DNA of 64,000 nt from a candidate division FCPU426 bacterium (GCA_023249615.1 JAHFCG010000001.1:2257-66256); one strand, 5' to 3'. Shown: positions 10,284 to 20,140, numbered from the stretch's first letter. Made by a program: numbers and translations. Notes: a model not told the origin generated them from the sequence alone.

Positions 10284-10352
10284 CCTTGAGGGGACGGAAA
10301 ATCTCCCCCAGCGGACGGAGTCCCCCATAAGGGGGAGCTCAATTCCCCTCAA
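10284..10352. repeat. TTGAGGGGA ... TCCCCTCAA inverted repeat enclosing the gTCCCCCataaGGGGGAgc hairpin
   Basis: Reverse-complement copy of the CCCCTCAAGG motif found at 7977. Confidence 0.5.
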
Positions 10353-10442
10353 AACCCTGTGATATACTGCCCGTCCCCAATAGTCCCAGGATAAATTCCA
10401 GGTTTAAAACCGTTGTTTTAATGCGACGAAGGGGTAAAGGAA

Positions 10443-11615
10443 TTGGAATTGAAGACCATCTACCGGTACGTTTTAATCGAAATGATGCCGGCTTTTTTAC
10501 TTGGCGTAACCCTTTTAACTTCCCTTTTTATGATCAACAAGGTCGCTCTCCTCCTGGATTTGCTATTGAATAAAAATGTCAATTTGGGGGATACACTCCT
10601 GCTTTTCCTCAGCCTCCTTCCCATGATTCTTTCCCTCACCATTCCCATGTCCATGATGGTGGCAACCTTGCTGGCGTTCGGCCGATTAAGTTCCGACATG
10701 GAGGTGACGGCTTTCAAGACCAGCGGCGTCCACCTTTTCCGCCTGATTGGTCCGGTTTTACTTTTAAGTTTTCTCCTGACCCTTTTCATGATTTTTTTCA
10801 ATGACACGGTATTGCCCGCGGCCAATTCCACCTTCAAGAAGGTTCATTACCGTATCCTTCGTGATCAGGCCCATATCGCCATCAAGGAAAGGGTGTTCAT
10901 CGACAAATTTGAGGGATACCAGTTTTACATTGACCGGCAGGACAGGGAGGGCTTGTTTTCGGACGTGAAAATGTTTTTTCGATGGTCACCCCAGGCCTCG
11001 ATTCAGACGGCGCTTTCCAAAACCGGAAGACTCGAAAACGACCCGTCCACGATGCAGCTTTTTTTCCACATGAACAACGGAACCATCAACTGGGACAACC
11101 AAAACTTCCACACCTACAACCGCCTCTACTTTGAACGATTCACCACCAGGTTGAACCTGGAAAACCAGCTGGCCGGTATGACGGACCAAAAAAAGAATTT
11201 TGAGGAAATGACACTGAAGGAGCTCTCGGGGGAAATAAAAACCGCGCCGGAGCCTTCCCGAAGGTCCTCTTTGAAAAATGAATTTCACAAACGTCTTTCA
11301 CTTCCCGTCGCCTGTCTGGCCTTGACCTGGTTCTGCGCTCCCCTGGGTCTTTGGCTTCGGTTCAAGGGGTTTATCGGGTTCGTAATAAGTCTCGCGATGA
11401 TTTTCATTTACTATCTCATGTTCGACCTTGGACAGGTTTTATGCGAGCGGGGCCTGGTCCAGCCCCTCGTGGGTTTCTGGTGGGCGAACGGAATATTGAT
11501 TCTTGGGGGAACCCTTGTTTATTACCTCCTGATTACCGAGGGAGCGGCGTTTAAAGGCGGAAACGGTTTGACCTCCCCGGGTCTTCCTCGAAAAACAGCG
11601 GGACAGGCGTCATGA
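10443..11615 (+). CDS. lptF: LPS export ABC permease LptF (YjgP/YjgQ family)
   Basis: YjgP/YjgQ-like membrane topology with a large periplasmic loop; followed by a paralog overlapping by 4 nt. Confidence 0.7.
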   Translation: MELKTIYRYVLIEMMPAFLLGVTLLTSLFMINKVALLLDLLLNKNVNLGDTLLLFLSLLPMILSLTIPMSMMVATLLAFGRLSSDMEVTAFKTSGVHLFRLIGPVLLLSFLLTLFMIFFNDTVLPAANSTFKKVHYRILRDQAHIAIKERVFIDKFEGYQFYIDRQDREGLFSDVKMFFRWSPQASIQTALSKTGRLENDPSTMQLFFHMNNGTINWDNQNFHTYNRLYFERFTTRLNLENQLAGMTDQKKNFEEMTLKELSGEIKTAPEPSRRSSLKNEFHKRLSLPVACLALTWFCAPLGLWLRFKGFIGFVISLAMIFIYYLMFDLGQVLCERGLVQPLVGFWWANGILILGGTLVYYLLITEGAAFKGGNGLTSPGLPRKTAGQAS

Positions 11616-12700
11616 AAATACTCACCCGGTACATTCTTTGGGAATTCCTGAAACCCTTCATTTTGTCCCTTGCCGCTTTCAGTGTCATCATCATGATTAT
11701 CCAGGTGTTCAACGACATTCGAATCATCATGGAATTCAAACCGGGGTTCTTTCTGACCCTGAAATATTTCTTCCTCCAGATACCCTTTTTATTGATTCAG
11801 ATCGTCCCGATCGCGGTTTTAATGGCCGTCCTTTTTTCCCTAAGCCACCTGTCTAAAAGCAGCGAATTGATCGCCATGAGGGCCGGCGGGGTTAGTATTT
11901 TCCTTGTCGCGTTTCCACTTTTTGTTTCCGGTTTGGTGATTTGCTGCCTGAGCATTCTCGTGAACGAAACCATCGTCCCCAAAACCACCCGAATGGTCCG
12001 CCATGCCAAGGTGGTTGAAATTCAGAAACAACCCGAAGAAACCTCGAGCCGCAGCCGCCAAAATATTTCGATGATCGGGGCCGGTAACAGGATTTACCAT
12101 ATCGGTTCCTTCGACGGAAACACCAACACCATGACCGATATCCTGATTTTGGAGTTTGACAGGGACACCCATTTAAAATCCCGTGTGGACGCCAAAAGCG
12201 CCATATACGAGGGGGAGAGATGGGTTTTCAACGGCGGTTATCTCCGGTTATTCGGCGGGGATGACGCGGAGGTTTCGGCTCGCGCTTTTGATCATGAGCC
12301 CGTTCCCCTGGAGGAAAAACCCCAGGATTTTCTCAAGGAACAAAAGGAACCCCAGGAATTGAGCCTGATGGAACTGGTCGGTTATGTCCGGCAGTTGAAA
12401 TTAAACGGGTCGGATTACCACAAGGAACTGGTGGAATTGCATACCAAGATCGCCTTTCCTTTCGGCTGCATCATTTTAGCGATCTTGGGAATTCCGTGGG
12501 GTTGGACCATGGGCAAATACAGCGGAGTGGTTTTCAGCTTTGGAGTTTGTCTCTTGGTGGCTTTCTTTTATATCGGCGGGATGCAAATAGGCCACACACT
12601 GGGGGACTCGGGGGTCCTTTCCCCCGCCATTGCCATGTGGTTTATGAATTTCTTTTTTGGGGTTCTGGGTCCGTTGCTGTTGGTACGCAACAACCGCTAA
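11612..12700 (+). CDS. lptG: LPS export ABC permease LptG (YjgP/YjgQ family)
   Basis: Paralogous permease immediately downstream of lptF, which is the typical lptFG pairing. Confidence 0.7.
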   Translation: MKILTRYILWEFLKPFILSLAAFSVIIMIIQVFNDIRIIMEFKPGFFLTLKYFFLQIPFLLIQIVPIAVLMAVLFSLSHLSKSSELIAMRAGGVSIFLVAFPLFVSGLVICCLSILVNETIVPKTTRMVRHAKVVEIQKQPEETSSRSRQNISMIGAGNRIYHIGSFDGNTNTMTDILILEFDRDTHLKSRVDAKSAIYEGERWVFNGGYLRLFGGDDAEVSARAFDHEPVPLEEKPQDFLKEQKEPQELSLMELVGYVRQLKLNGSDYHKELVELHTKIAFPFGCIILAILGIPWGWTMGKYSGVVFSFGVCLLVAFFYIGGMQIGHTLGDSGVLSPAIAMWFMNFFFGVLGPLLLVRNNR

Positions 12701-12735
12701 ACATCAGGCTCAAGGGACAAGTGAGAATTTGAGGG

Positions 12736-12777
12736 TTCAGGACTTGCCCGCGCCTTGACCCTCGCGCCTTGAACCGT
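12736..12777. terminator. Possible bidirectional terminator hairpin between the convergent lptG and lpxI genes
   Basis: ggttcagg...gcccgcgccttgaccctcgcgcc...ttgaacc inverted repeats. Confidence 0.3.
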
Positions 12778-12780
12778 CAG

Positions 12781-13590
12781 TTAGACGGCCAATATAAAAA
12801 TCCCGTGTTTTTTCGCGTAAGCAATGGTTTTTTCACCCTCCAACAAAAAAGTCCGTCCTCCTTCGACCACTAGACCCTTCGACTTCGCGGCGGAAAGACT
12901 TTTCAGGGTTTTCAAACCAATGGCGGGAACATCAAAACGCCAGTCCTGTTTCGGGCTTGCGGCCTTGATGAGAATTGTTCCCACTCCCGCCCATTTTCCG
13001 GCCCTCCGAATGGTTTCATCCGTGCCCTCCATTCCCTCCAGGGAGACCACCGCGTTTTTTTTAATCATGACTGCCTGCCCGAAACCCAACCTGGAAAGGG
13101 CCCTGGCCTGTTTCAACCCGTAAGAAATTTCCCCGGGCCCTGGTTTTCCCGAGCCAGCCTTGGAAACCCATCCCTTCCTAATTAAAACACCCTCCATCAA
13201 AAAACGGCTGTCCAAAACCCGGAGGCCGTTTTTCAGCAATTCGCCCGCGACAGCCCTCAAAAGCGATTCCCCCGACCGGTCTTTTAATTTTGCCCAAAGG
13301 GCCAGGGCCTTCCAATCCAGTTTTAAATTTCGGAACGAAAGGGAATGCTGAATTTTTCCCAGCATCACGATTTTTTTAACGTTGTTTTTTTTAAAATGGG
13401 TTATGAGAGCTCCCAACTGACCCGGGGAAACCCAGAGGATGGCGCCGCCAAGGGAGTTCAAACGTGTGGAGGCGGAACCCCTCACCGCGGCCGTGACAAG
13501 GTCAAACCCTTTCGTTCTGGCCTGGCGGGCGAAAAGAATGGGAAGTTCCCCTGAGCCGGCGATTAAACCTATGACAGTTCGGTTTGCCAC
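12781..13590 (-). CDS. lpxI: UDP-2,3-diacylglucosamine hydrolase LpxI (DUF1009)
   Basis: N-terminal GLIAGSGELP motif, length ~270 aa, located immediately downstream of lpxA as in LpxI-type lipid A clusters. Confidence 0.6.
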   Translation of the reverse strand: MANRTVIGLIAGSGELPILFARQARTKGFDLVTAAVRGSASTRLNSLGGAILWVSPGQLGALITHFKKNNVKKIVMLGKIQHSLSFRNLKLDWKALALWAKLKDRSGESLLRAVAGELLKNGLRVLDSRFLMEGVLIRKGWVSKAGSGKPGPGEISYGLKQARALSRLGFGQAVMIKKNAVVSLEGMEGTDETIRRAGKWAGVGTILIKAASPKQDWRFDVPAIGLKTLKSLSAAKSKGLVVEGGRTFLLEGEKTIAYAKKHGIFILAV

Positions 13591-13593
13591 GGT

Positions 13594-14379
13594 TTAGCGG
13601 ACAATTCCGCGGCTTGAGGTGCTTAAAAACTCGATGAGAATTTTTATTTCTTCCGTTGGCTGAAAATCAGCCGACAAGGCCAGGATCGCCTCTTTAACCG
13701 TCAGGTTATTCCGAAAAATGACCTTATGCGCCTTTTTAAGGAGGTCGATGGTTTCCTTCGGAAATTGGCAGCGTTCCAAACCAACCTGGTTGATCCCGAT
13801 AATCCGAAGAGGCTCGTCCCCGGCGATCATATAGGGAAGAACATCCTGGACCACCCGGAAACCTCCCCCAATCATGGCGTGTTGGCCGATATGGACGAAC
13901 TGATGGACCGGGGTTCCTCCCCCGACGGTGGCGAAATCCTCGATGACAGCGTGTCCTCCCAGCATGACCCCGTTGGCCAACTTGACGTGGTTTTTAATGA
14001 CGCAGTTGTGCCCCACGTGGGTTTGAATCATGAGCCAGTTGTCATTCCCGATAACGGTTTTGGAACCTTCCCCCGTGCCGGGATTAATGGTGACGTACTC
14101 GCGGATAATATTTTCATCGCCGATTTCCAGGAAGGTTTCTTCGCCCGCATATTTCACGTCCTGGGGCTCACTGCCGATGACCGCTCCCGTAAAAATCCTG
14201 TTTCGTCTTCCCAGGAAGGTATTTCCCGTGATGACGCAGTGGGATCCCACATGGGTCCCTTCCCCCAGGGTGACATGGGCGTCCACGACGGAATAAGGGC
14301 CGATGGCCACACCTTCCCCCAAATGAGCCTTGGGGTCCACCAGCGCGGTCGGATGAATTTTTAACGAAGACACCGGCAT
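13594..14379 (-). CDS. lpxA: Acyl-ACP--UDP-GlcNAc O-acyltransferase LpxA
   Basis: Hexapeptide-repeat left-handed beta-helix sequence (IHPTALVDPKAHLGEGVAIGPYSVV...) in a lipid-A gene neighbourhood. Confidence 0.85.
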   Translation of the reverse strand: MPVSSLKIHPTALVDPKAHLGEGVAIGPYSVVDAHVTLGEGTHVGSHCVITGNTFLGRRNRIFTGAVIGSEPQDVKYAGEETFLEIGDENIIREYVTINPGTGEGSKTVIGNDNWLMIQTHVGHNCVIKNHVKLANGVMLGGHAVIEDFATVGGGTPVHQFVHIGQHAMIGGGFRVVQDVLPYMIAGDEPLRIIGINQVGLERCQFPKETIDLLKKAHKVIFRNNLTVKEAILALSADFQPTEEIKILIEFLSTSSRGIVR

Positions 14380-14381
14380 CT

Positions 14382-15716
14382 TTACGATTCCTTTTTAATA
14401 GAGTCCATATCCACGATGGCGCAGGTGATCTCCGCTTCCACGGCGGTCTGCCCGTCAACAATGGCCTTACCCGCGATTTTTCCTATTTTGGACCGGACAA
14501 ACAAAACCTCTATCTCAAACCTGATCTGGTCCCCCGGCATGATGGGTTTACGAAACCGGGCGTTATCCACTCCGGCCAAATACAAAATCTTTCCCTTGTT
14601 CGCGGGTTCACAAAGAAAGGCGATTCCCCCCGCCTGGGCCATGGCTTCAATCACCAGGACCCCCGGCATGATGGGATGCCCCGGAAAGTGCCCCTGAAAA
14701 AAGGGTTCGTTGATGGTGACGTTCTTGACGGCCACCACCTTTTTGTTGGGTTCCAGCTCCAAAATCCTGTCGACCAAAAGAAAAGGGTACCGGTGGGGCA
14801 GTATTTTTTGGATTTCCAAGATGTCTAACATGGGTCTCTCTCCCGATTCTTTTTTTGTTTTTTCCGCGCCATTTCCAAATTTTTCCAGAATGGCTTTCGC
14901 CAGTTCCACGTGATATCGATGCCCCGCCTTTCGGACGGTTACCTTCGCCCAAAGAGGGCGGTTCAAAAGTTTCAGATCCCCCAGTAAATCCAGGGTCTTG
15001 TGGCGGACAATTTCATCCTCATGGCGGAGGGGGCCGTTCACAATCCCCTTTTTTCCCATCACGACCGCGCAGGAAAAATCCCCGCCCTTGATGAGTCCCT
15101 GACGGCGCAATTCCTCGATTTCTTCCTCGAAACAAAAGGTTCGGGCCTGGGCCAACTCCTTTTCAAAACTTCCATCTTTTAATTCAAAAACCCGGTTCTG
15201 GTTTTCCAACCCGGGATAGGGAAAGGAAGTCGTCACATCAAGAAACAAACCCTCCGCCGGCTCGACCTTTAGTGAAACATCTTTGAAATTCACCTCAAAA
15301 GAATCCGTAACCTTCAGGGGTGTGGCGGGTGTTTCCTGATCCAAAATACCGGCTTTGTTAAAATATCCGCAAAAAGGAACAGCGCTTCCATCCAAAATCG
15401 GCATTTCCTCGGCGTCCATCTCCACTTTTAGGTTATCCAAACCAAAACCGTGAACGGTCGCTAAAAAATGTTCCACGGTATGAATACTTGCCTTCTTTTC
15501 CCCTGTCAGCGTGGTTCCCCGGGCCGTGTTGGTGACCGAAAAGGGGGAAAGGGGAATTTTAGCCCCTAAATCGCTCCGGATAAAAAGGATTCCGGAACCC
15601 GGCGGCAGGGGGGAAACCGTGACCTTGCATTTTTTCCCGGTGTGCAACCCTATTCCTTCGAATGAAAAAGGGCTTTTTATTGTTTTTTGGGTCCTAATTC
15701 CCTTTTCACTTTTCAT
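14382..15716 (-). CDS. lpxC/fabZ: Bifunctional LpxC deacetylase / FabZ dehydratase fusion
   Basis: The N-terminal half is LpxC-like ([17 protein letters not shown]...HTVEHFLA) and the C-terminal half is a FabZ hot-dog ([14 protein letters not shown]...[13 protein letters not shown]). Confidence 0.85.
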   Translation of the reverse strand: MKSEKGIRTQKTIKSPFSFEGIGLHTGKKCKVTVSPLPPGSGILFIRSDLGAKIPLSPFSVTNTARGTTLTGEKKASIHTVEHFLATVHGFGLDNLKVEMDAEEMPILDGSAVPFCGYFNKAGILDQETPATPLKVTDSFEVNFKDVSLKVEPAEGLFLDVTTSFPYPGLENQNRVFELKDGSFEKELAQARTFCFEEEIEELRRQGLIKGGDFSCAVVMGKKGIVNGPLRHEDEIVRHKTLDLLGDLKLLNRPLWAKVTVRKAGHRYHVELAKAILEKFGNGAEKTKKESGERPMLDILEIQKILPHRYPFLLVDRILELEPNKKVVAVKNVTINEPFFQGHFPGHPIMPGVLVIEAMAQAGGIAFLCEPANKGKILYLAGVDNARFRKPIMPGDQIRFEIEVLFVRSKIGKIAGKAIVDGQTAVEAEITCAIVDMDSIKKES

Positions 15717-16749
15717 CTTTTTTAATGCCTTGAATTTTTTCCAGGGCCCTTTCCAGGTTTCGAACCCTTTTGATCAATTCCGGTAATTGCCGACTGGCGG
15801 CGACGCGTTTCATTTCGGCGGAAAACTCGCTGGAGGGCGAGCCGAAATAATTCCCTTTTTCCGGAATGTCCTCCATGACTCCCGTCCGGGTATGCAAAAT
15901 GACATTGTCCCCGATCTTGAGATGGCCCGCGATTCCCACTTGGCCTCCCATGATCACCTGGTTTCCGATTTGGGTGGACCCGGAAATTCCGGTCAAGGCC
16001 GCCATGACGGTATTTTCACCTATCACCACGTTATGGCCGATTTGAATCAGGTTATCGAGCTTGGTTCCCTTCCCGATTCTCGTGCTCCCCAATACCGCGC
16101 GGTCCACGCAGGTGTTGGAGCCAAGTTCAACGTCATCCTCAAGGACCGCGTTGCCCACCTGGGGGATTTTCACGTATTTCTCCCCATCCCGGGCGAAACC
16201 AAAACCATCGGAACCGACCACAGCCCCGGGTTGAAGAATAACCCGGTTGCCCAGGACGCAATTTTCACGAACGGTCGTGTTGGAATAAAGAAGGCAATCC
16301 TCTCCGATGGACGCGTTTTCCCCGATAAAGACTCCCGGAAAAAGGATGGATCGGGGACCGATTACCGCCCCGGCCGACACAAAAGCCCCCGGGGAAATAC
16401 TGGCATGAGGATGAACTTTTGCGGTTGCATCCACGAAGGAACCCGTTTTGGCCCCTTGCGATGGAACCGCGGAGGGGTAAAAAAGACCTATGATCTTGGC
16501 GAGAGCCAGATAGGGATTCGAGGTCAACAAACAGGGCTTGGAGAACCCGGGGATTTCCTTTTCCGTCAAAAGAACGGAGGCCCCCGTGGTAGCGGCCTTT
16601 TTGGCATAACGGGGATTGGTCAGGAAGGTTAAATCACCCTTTCCAGCCGACTCCAGGGAAGCCACCCCGGTCAGAAGGAAAGTTCCATCTCCCCGTACGG
16701 TTCCGCCGACCTCTGCCGCCAAACGTTCCAAAGAAAAAGAATTTTTCAT
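15706..16749 (-). CDS. lpxD: UDP-3-O-acylglucosamine N-acyltransferase LpxD
   Basis: Hexapeptide repeats throughout, ~347 aa, positioned between skp and lpxC/fabZ. Confidence 0.85.
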   Translation of the reverse strand: MKNSFSLERLAAEVGGTVRGDGTFLLTGVASLESAGKGDLTFLTNPRYAKKAATTGASVLLTEKEIPGFSKPCLLTSNPYLALAKIIGLFYPSAVPSQGAKTGSFVDATAKVHPHASISPGAFVSAGAVIGPRSILFPGVFIGENASIGEDCLLYSNTTVRENCVLGNRVILQPGAVVGSDGFGFARDGEKYVKIPQVGNAVLEDDVELGSNTCVDRAVLGSTRIGKGTKLDNLIQIGHNVVIGENTVMAALTGISGSTQIGNQVIMGGQVGIAGHLKIGDNVILHTRTGVMEDIPEKGNYFGSPSSEFSAEMKRVAASRQLPELIKRVRNLERALEKIQGIKKDEK

Positions 16750-16773
16750 AACAACCGCTTTTCAAGGCTGAGA

Positions 16774-17307
16774 CTATTTCTTCTTTGTTCCGGTGTCATC
16801 AGAAGAATCCGAATCAGACTTTTTATAGCTTTTTAAAATCGCGTCGGTTAAATCAATTCCACCGTTCAAATAAACGATTTTTTCGCTGTCCAATACCAGA
16901 TCAACGCCCTTATCCTTGGCCATGGAAGCCACAATGGCCTTGAGTTCCTCAAGAATGGACTGTGTCATTTCGTTTTCCTTTGCCGCAAGCTCCATTTTGA
17001 TTTGGTTTTCCTGCTGCAAATAGGTGTTCTGTTTAGCATCCAGCTCATTTTGCTTTTGTCTTTTTTGTTTCGCCGACAAAACCGAGTCGGAACTTCTTAA
17101 TTCAGTAGCAAAATCCTTCAAGTCCTCCTGGGCCTCCTTGAGATCCGCCGCTTTTTTCTTCGCCATAGCGTTGAATTTTTTCTGGGCTTTGACGGTTCCA
17201 GGATATTCCTTGAAAAGTTTTTGTAAATCAACGGTTCCAACCTTCATGTCCTTGGCTGAAACAAAAGAGGCTATAAAAAAACAGCACAACATGGTGATAA
17301 AACGCAT
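16774..17307 (-). CDS. skp: Periplasmic chaperone Skp/OmpH
   Basis: Signal peptide followed by a lysine-rich coiled coil (KKFNAMAKKKAADLKEAQEDLK...), classically placed upstream of lpxD. Confidence 0.8.
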   Translation of the reverse strand: MRFITMLCCFFIASFVSAKDMKVGTVDLQKLFKEYPGTVKAQKKFNAMAKKKAADLKEAQEDLKDFATELRSSDSVLSAKQKRQKQNELDAKQNTYLQQENQIKMELAAKENEMTQSILEELKAIVASMAKDKGVDLVLDSEKIVYLNGGIDLTDAILKSYKKSDSDSSDDTGTKKK

Positions 17308-17549
17308 GACTTCTCCTTAAATTGGAGCCTCTGGGACAAACCCGGCGGCTTATTTTTTTTACCCGGCTCCGCCAATACTTTGCCGGGCTTACCCCACCCT
17401 TATGGCGGTTGACAACGCGTCTTAATCAAAAACTTAATCCGCGGATTAACCGCGAAAGAAATCCCGACGAAGGCGAAATTTTACACGATTCGTTACGGGA
17501 GAACAACGGAAGGTTTAAAATCGCGAGGGAAAAACCTGTTTTCCTGGCT

Positions 17550-17930
17550 TTAACCGCCCGCCAATTTCAGGAATTTTTCCAAAACTTCCCGGAAATGCGG
17601 GTGCATCGTGAGAAAGCGGAGTCCGTATTCATACCGGCCCAAATTCGGGAAATTTTGATGATTAGCACGGACAACCTCGGCCTCTGCCCTGACCATTTCC
17701 CGGAATTCCTCAAGCGGAAACTCAACCTCAATGGCTGATTGAACTTCCAGAAAATTTTTGGTGGTTAAAAAAAAACCGGTCCGGCTGATGTTGGACATGG
17801 TGTTGTTTCCATTGTGAAGCTCCGGCTCTGGGGACTCCCCAACCGGGGATTTGAGAAGGCGAAAACGCATGTGAATGCGGACAGGAAACCTTTGGGCGAT
17901 TCGGTTATCCGCTGGAAAAGGTCCGGCCAT
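17550..17930 (-). CDS. PilZ-domain protein (partly degenerate c-di-GMP motifs)
   Basis: QRFPVRIHMRF and NISRTGFFL sit at the PilZ RxxxR / DxSxxG positions; the protein ends ...LAGG. Confidence 0.6.
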   Translation of the reverse strand: MAGPFPADNRIAQRFPVRIHMRFRLLKSPVGESPEPELHNGNNTMSNISRTGFFLTTKNFLEVQSAIEVEFPLEEFREMVRAEAEVVRANHQNFPNLGRYEYGLRFLTMHPHFREVLEKFLKLAGG

Positions 17931-17932
17931 CC

Positions 17933-18322
17933 TTACCCACCCGTCTTAAAATAATCGTTCAACTTCTTTAGGTCTTCCTCATAAACCGGGATGAACTGAA
18001 TTCCCGAATTAAATTCCCCCTTTGAACTTCCCTCCCGGGGGCGGCACCAAATGACCTTCGCGACCGTTCGGATCAAACCAACCTTGGGAATATCAACTTC
18101 CAATTCGAGGACACTTCCACTTTGAAAAGGTTTATCGGAAACCACCTGCAACCCCCCCAGGCTTAAATCCTGGATCTCGGCCTTTAAACCTAGGGTTGGA
18201 TCCTTGACATCCTTTTCCAGGTTTTCAATCTGAAAAATCTTATATCGGACCGGGACTGATAAATTTACGCGGTTGTCTCTTCGATTCTCCAGTTGCATGG
18301 GGCAAACTTCCGAAAAAAACAT
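17933..18322 (-). CDS. PilZ-domain c-di-GMP receptor
   Basis: RRDNRVNLSVPVRY (RRxxxR) and DLSLGGLQV (DxSxxG) motifs; the protein ends ...KTGG. Confidence 0.7.
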   Translation of the reverse strand: MFFSEVCPMQLENRRDNRVNLSVPVRYKIFQIENLEKDVKDPTLGLKAEIQDLSLGGLQVVSDKPFQSGSVLELEVDIPKVGLIRTVAKVIWCRPREGSSKGEFNSGIQFIPVYEEDLKKLNDYFKTGG

Positions 18323-18411
18323 TAAAGTCTAGAGGTATTATGCAACAAGATGGGAAAGACCAAGGGGGAAAAAAACAAAACCTATTAAAGGCTTTATTTT
18401 TTAAAGAATTA

Positions 18412-19443
18412 TTAAAGAAAGAGAAGAACCGCGGTAACCACGGCGGTGGCCCCAACAGCCAAAATCTTAACCGCACTCGATGGTTTTTTCTTATCGTTGT
18501 CAACATTGCTCATTTTCATGGCGTCAAAAGGACGTCCGTAACCCCAAAATTCCTCTTCCTGAACCTTTGGCTTTTCAACCGAGGTATTGGCCGGAACCGC
18601 GGCGACGGCCTGTTGGGTTTGTCCCGCCGGCATTCCGGCGTAAGGCATGAAATTGAATCTTCCCAAGGTCGCGTTGAAAGCTCCGTCATAAATGGTTCTC
18701 ATGATTTGTTGGGCGTCCAGGGAATGAAAATCGTTGTTGGGGGCGGAAAGGGGCTTCGCCGAATAATGAAGGACATTAAATTTGAGGTTGGTGTAAATCT
18801 TGTTTCCGGAAATATTGGGTGTTCCAAACTCCCTCAAATAAAAACCGTAAGTATTATTGTAAATTTCATTACTGGTAATGACCGGGCTGGCCGTATCGGC
18901 CATCAGGACAACTCCATATCCATTGGCGGTGATCTTGTTTCCAATAATTTGGGGTTGTGAATTCGCGAAAACCTCTATTCCACTCTTGGCACCGTAAATG
19001 GCGGATTGGGTAATGGTAGGGGAGGAACCGCTGCAAACAATCCGCCCGCCCTTGATTAAACATCCCTGGATGACGGAATTCAACGGATCACTGTTGGAAA
19101 AGAAAATAGCGCCCCAAAGTGAACCCGCGACAGCGGGTGAAAAAGAAATGGGGGAAGTTGAATTCCCAACAGCCTTTAACCCGCCCTGAATCTGCAAATT
19201 GGGCCCCGAGCCGGGTTTTCCTCCAGTAGGAACCGCGAAACGGACCTCCACCCCGGGATCAATTGTTAAAACCGCGCCTTTCAAAACGGTAATATCATTT
19301 TGAAGGACATAAGGGCTGTTGTCCTTGGTCCAATTTGTTGAAACGGAAATGGAATCCTTGACGTAAGTGGGACCCACAGCCTGCGCAGTTTCAATATTCA
19401 GCAAAAGAATCAAAGCGGCCAGGCCGGAGATGAAATATTTCAT
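18412..19443 (-). CDS. Secreted right-handed parallel beta-helix (NosD/pectin-lyase-like) repeat protein with a C-terminal hydrophobic anchor
   Basis: Signal peptide MKYFISGLAALILLLNIETAQA, repeated SGNKIY/ITSNEIYNN beta-helix turns, and a C-terminal ILAVGATAVVTAVLLFL. Confidence 0.6.
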   Translation of the reverse strand: MKYFISGLAALILLLNIETAQAVGPTYVKDSISVSTNWTKDNSPYVLQNDITVLKGAVLTIDPGVEVRFAVPTGGKPGSGPNLQIQGGLKAVGNSTSPISFSPAVAGSLWGAIFFSNSDPLNSVIQGCLIKGGRIVCSGSSPTITQSAIYGAKSGIEVFANSQPQIIGNKITANGYGVVLMADTASPVITSNEIYNNTYGFYLREFGTPNISGNKIYTNLKFNVLHYSAKPLSAPNNDFHSLDAQQIMRTIYDGAFNATLGRFNFMPYAGMPAGQTQQAVAAVPANTSVEKPKVQEEEFWGYGRPFDAMKMSNVDNDKKKPSSAVKILAVGATAVVTAVLLFL

Positions 19444-19690
19444 GGAGGATAACCTCTTTTAAACAAGGGTGGGAAAACGTTGAGTAGTTTAACAAAAGGC
19501 CTAATCTTTGCAAAGTTTAAATTGGTCGAACAAACATTGAGAAAAACCAACCATTGCATTAAAGCAAACCGGTTTCATTTAAACCTGCTAACGACTTTGG
19601 GCGCCAAAACTTTAATAAACCCCGGCACGCTTAAAACGTTAAAGCCTTAACGGCCGATTAAACACCTTTCTTTTTTCGCTTTCATGCTTT

Positions 19691-19807
19691 CTACCATTTC
19701 TTGAAGACAAAAAATACCGCCCCGGCCATCAATGAAAAACCGACCAAATAATTCCATTTGAATTCTTCCTTAAGGCAAAGGATCGAAAACGCGCAAAACA
19801 CAAGCAA
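19691..19807 (-). CDS. Possible small (38 aa) two-TM membrane peptide, TTG start, loosely PLDc_N-like
   Basis: Manual translation gives LLVFCAFSILCLKEEFKWNYLVGFSLMAGAVFFVFKKW*. There is no ATG start, so this is speculative. Confidence 0.2.
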   Translation of the reverse strand: MLVFCAFSILCLKEEFKWNYLVGFSLMAGAVFFVFKKW

Positions 19808-20029
19808 TGTAATAACTTCCTGGATGGTTTTGAGCCGCGCCGTGGTGAACTGGTAGCTTCCGATTCGATTGGCGGGAACCTGAAAACAATATTCAAAAAA
19901 AGCGATGAACCAACTCGCGGTGATCGCGATTCACAGGGGGGAGGAGCGGTATTTCAGATGGCCGTACCAGTAAATTTGGCCAGGGCGCAGAAGGCTTCGT
20001 AAAATAAAAACATAAATAAAATTTCCAAA

Positions 20030-20061
20030 TAAAAAATTGGCTTGCCAACCGAAGCTGGCAA
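20030..20061 (-). terminator. Intrinsic terminator downstream of ssrA
   Basis: Minus-strand hairpin TTGCCAGCTTCGGTTGGCAA followed by a T-run; two further GC hairpins lie between it and the tmRNA 3' CCA. Confidence 0.4.
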
Positions 20062-20140
20062 AATCAACGCGCGTCCTCCTTCGCCAAGGCTTCGGAGGAC
20101 AACCTTCGCTAACTTCAACAACGTTAAAGGTAGCGAAGGT

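Noticed and set aside
17322-17738. 138-aa plus-strand ORF spanning the skp-PilZ gap and the PilZ gene
   Set aside because: It overlaps a PilZ gene with clear motifs, has no recognisable domain, and runs against the strand of every neighbour. The gap more likely holds the skp promoter and a palindromic operator.
17550-18322. Both PilZ proteins end in Gly-Gly, so I considered them as ubiquitin-like sulfur carriers for the JAMM/CysM pair
   Set aside because: They have PilZ motifs rather than a beta-grasp fold, lie 5 kb away in a different operon, and terminal GG is common by chance.
19444-20140. Hidden RNase P RNA, SRP RNA or riboswitch in the ~700-bp gap next to tmRNA
   Set aside because: Neither strand shows the conserved RNase P cores (GGAAAGUCCGG / AGGGUGAAA-GGUGCGGUAAGAGCGCACC) or the SRP domain IV motif.
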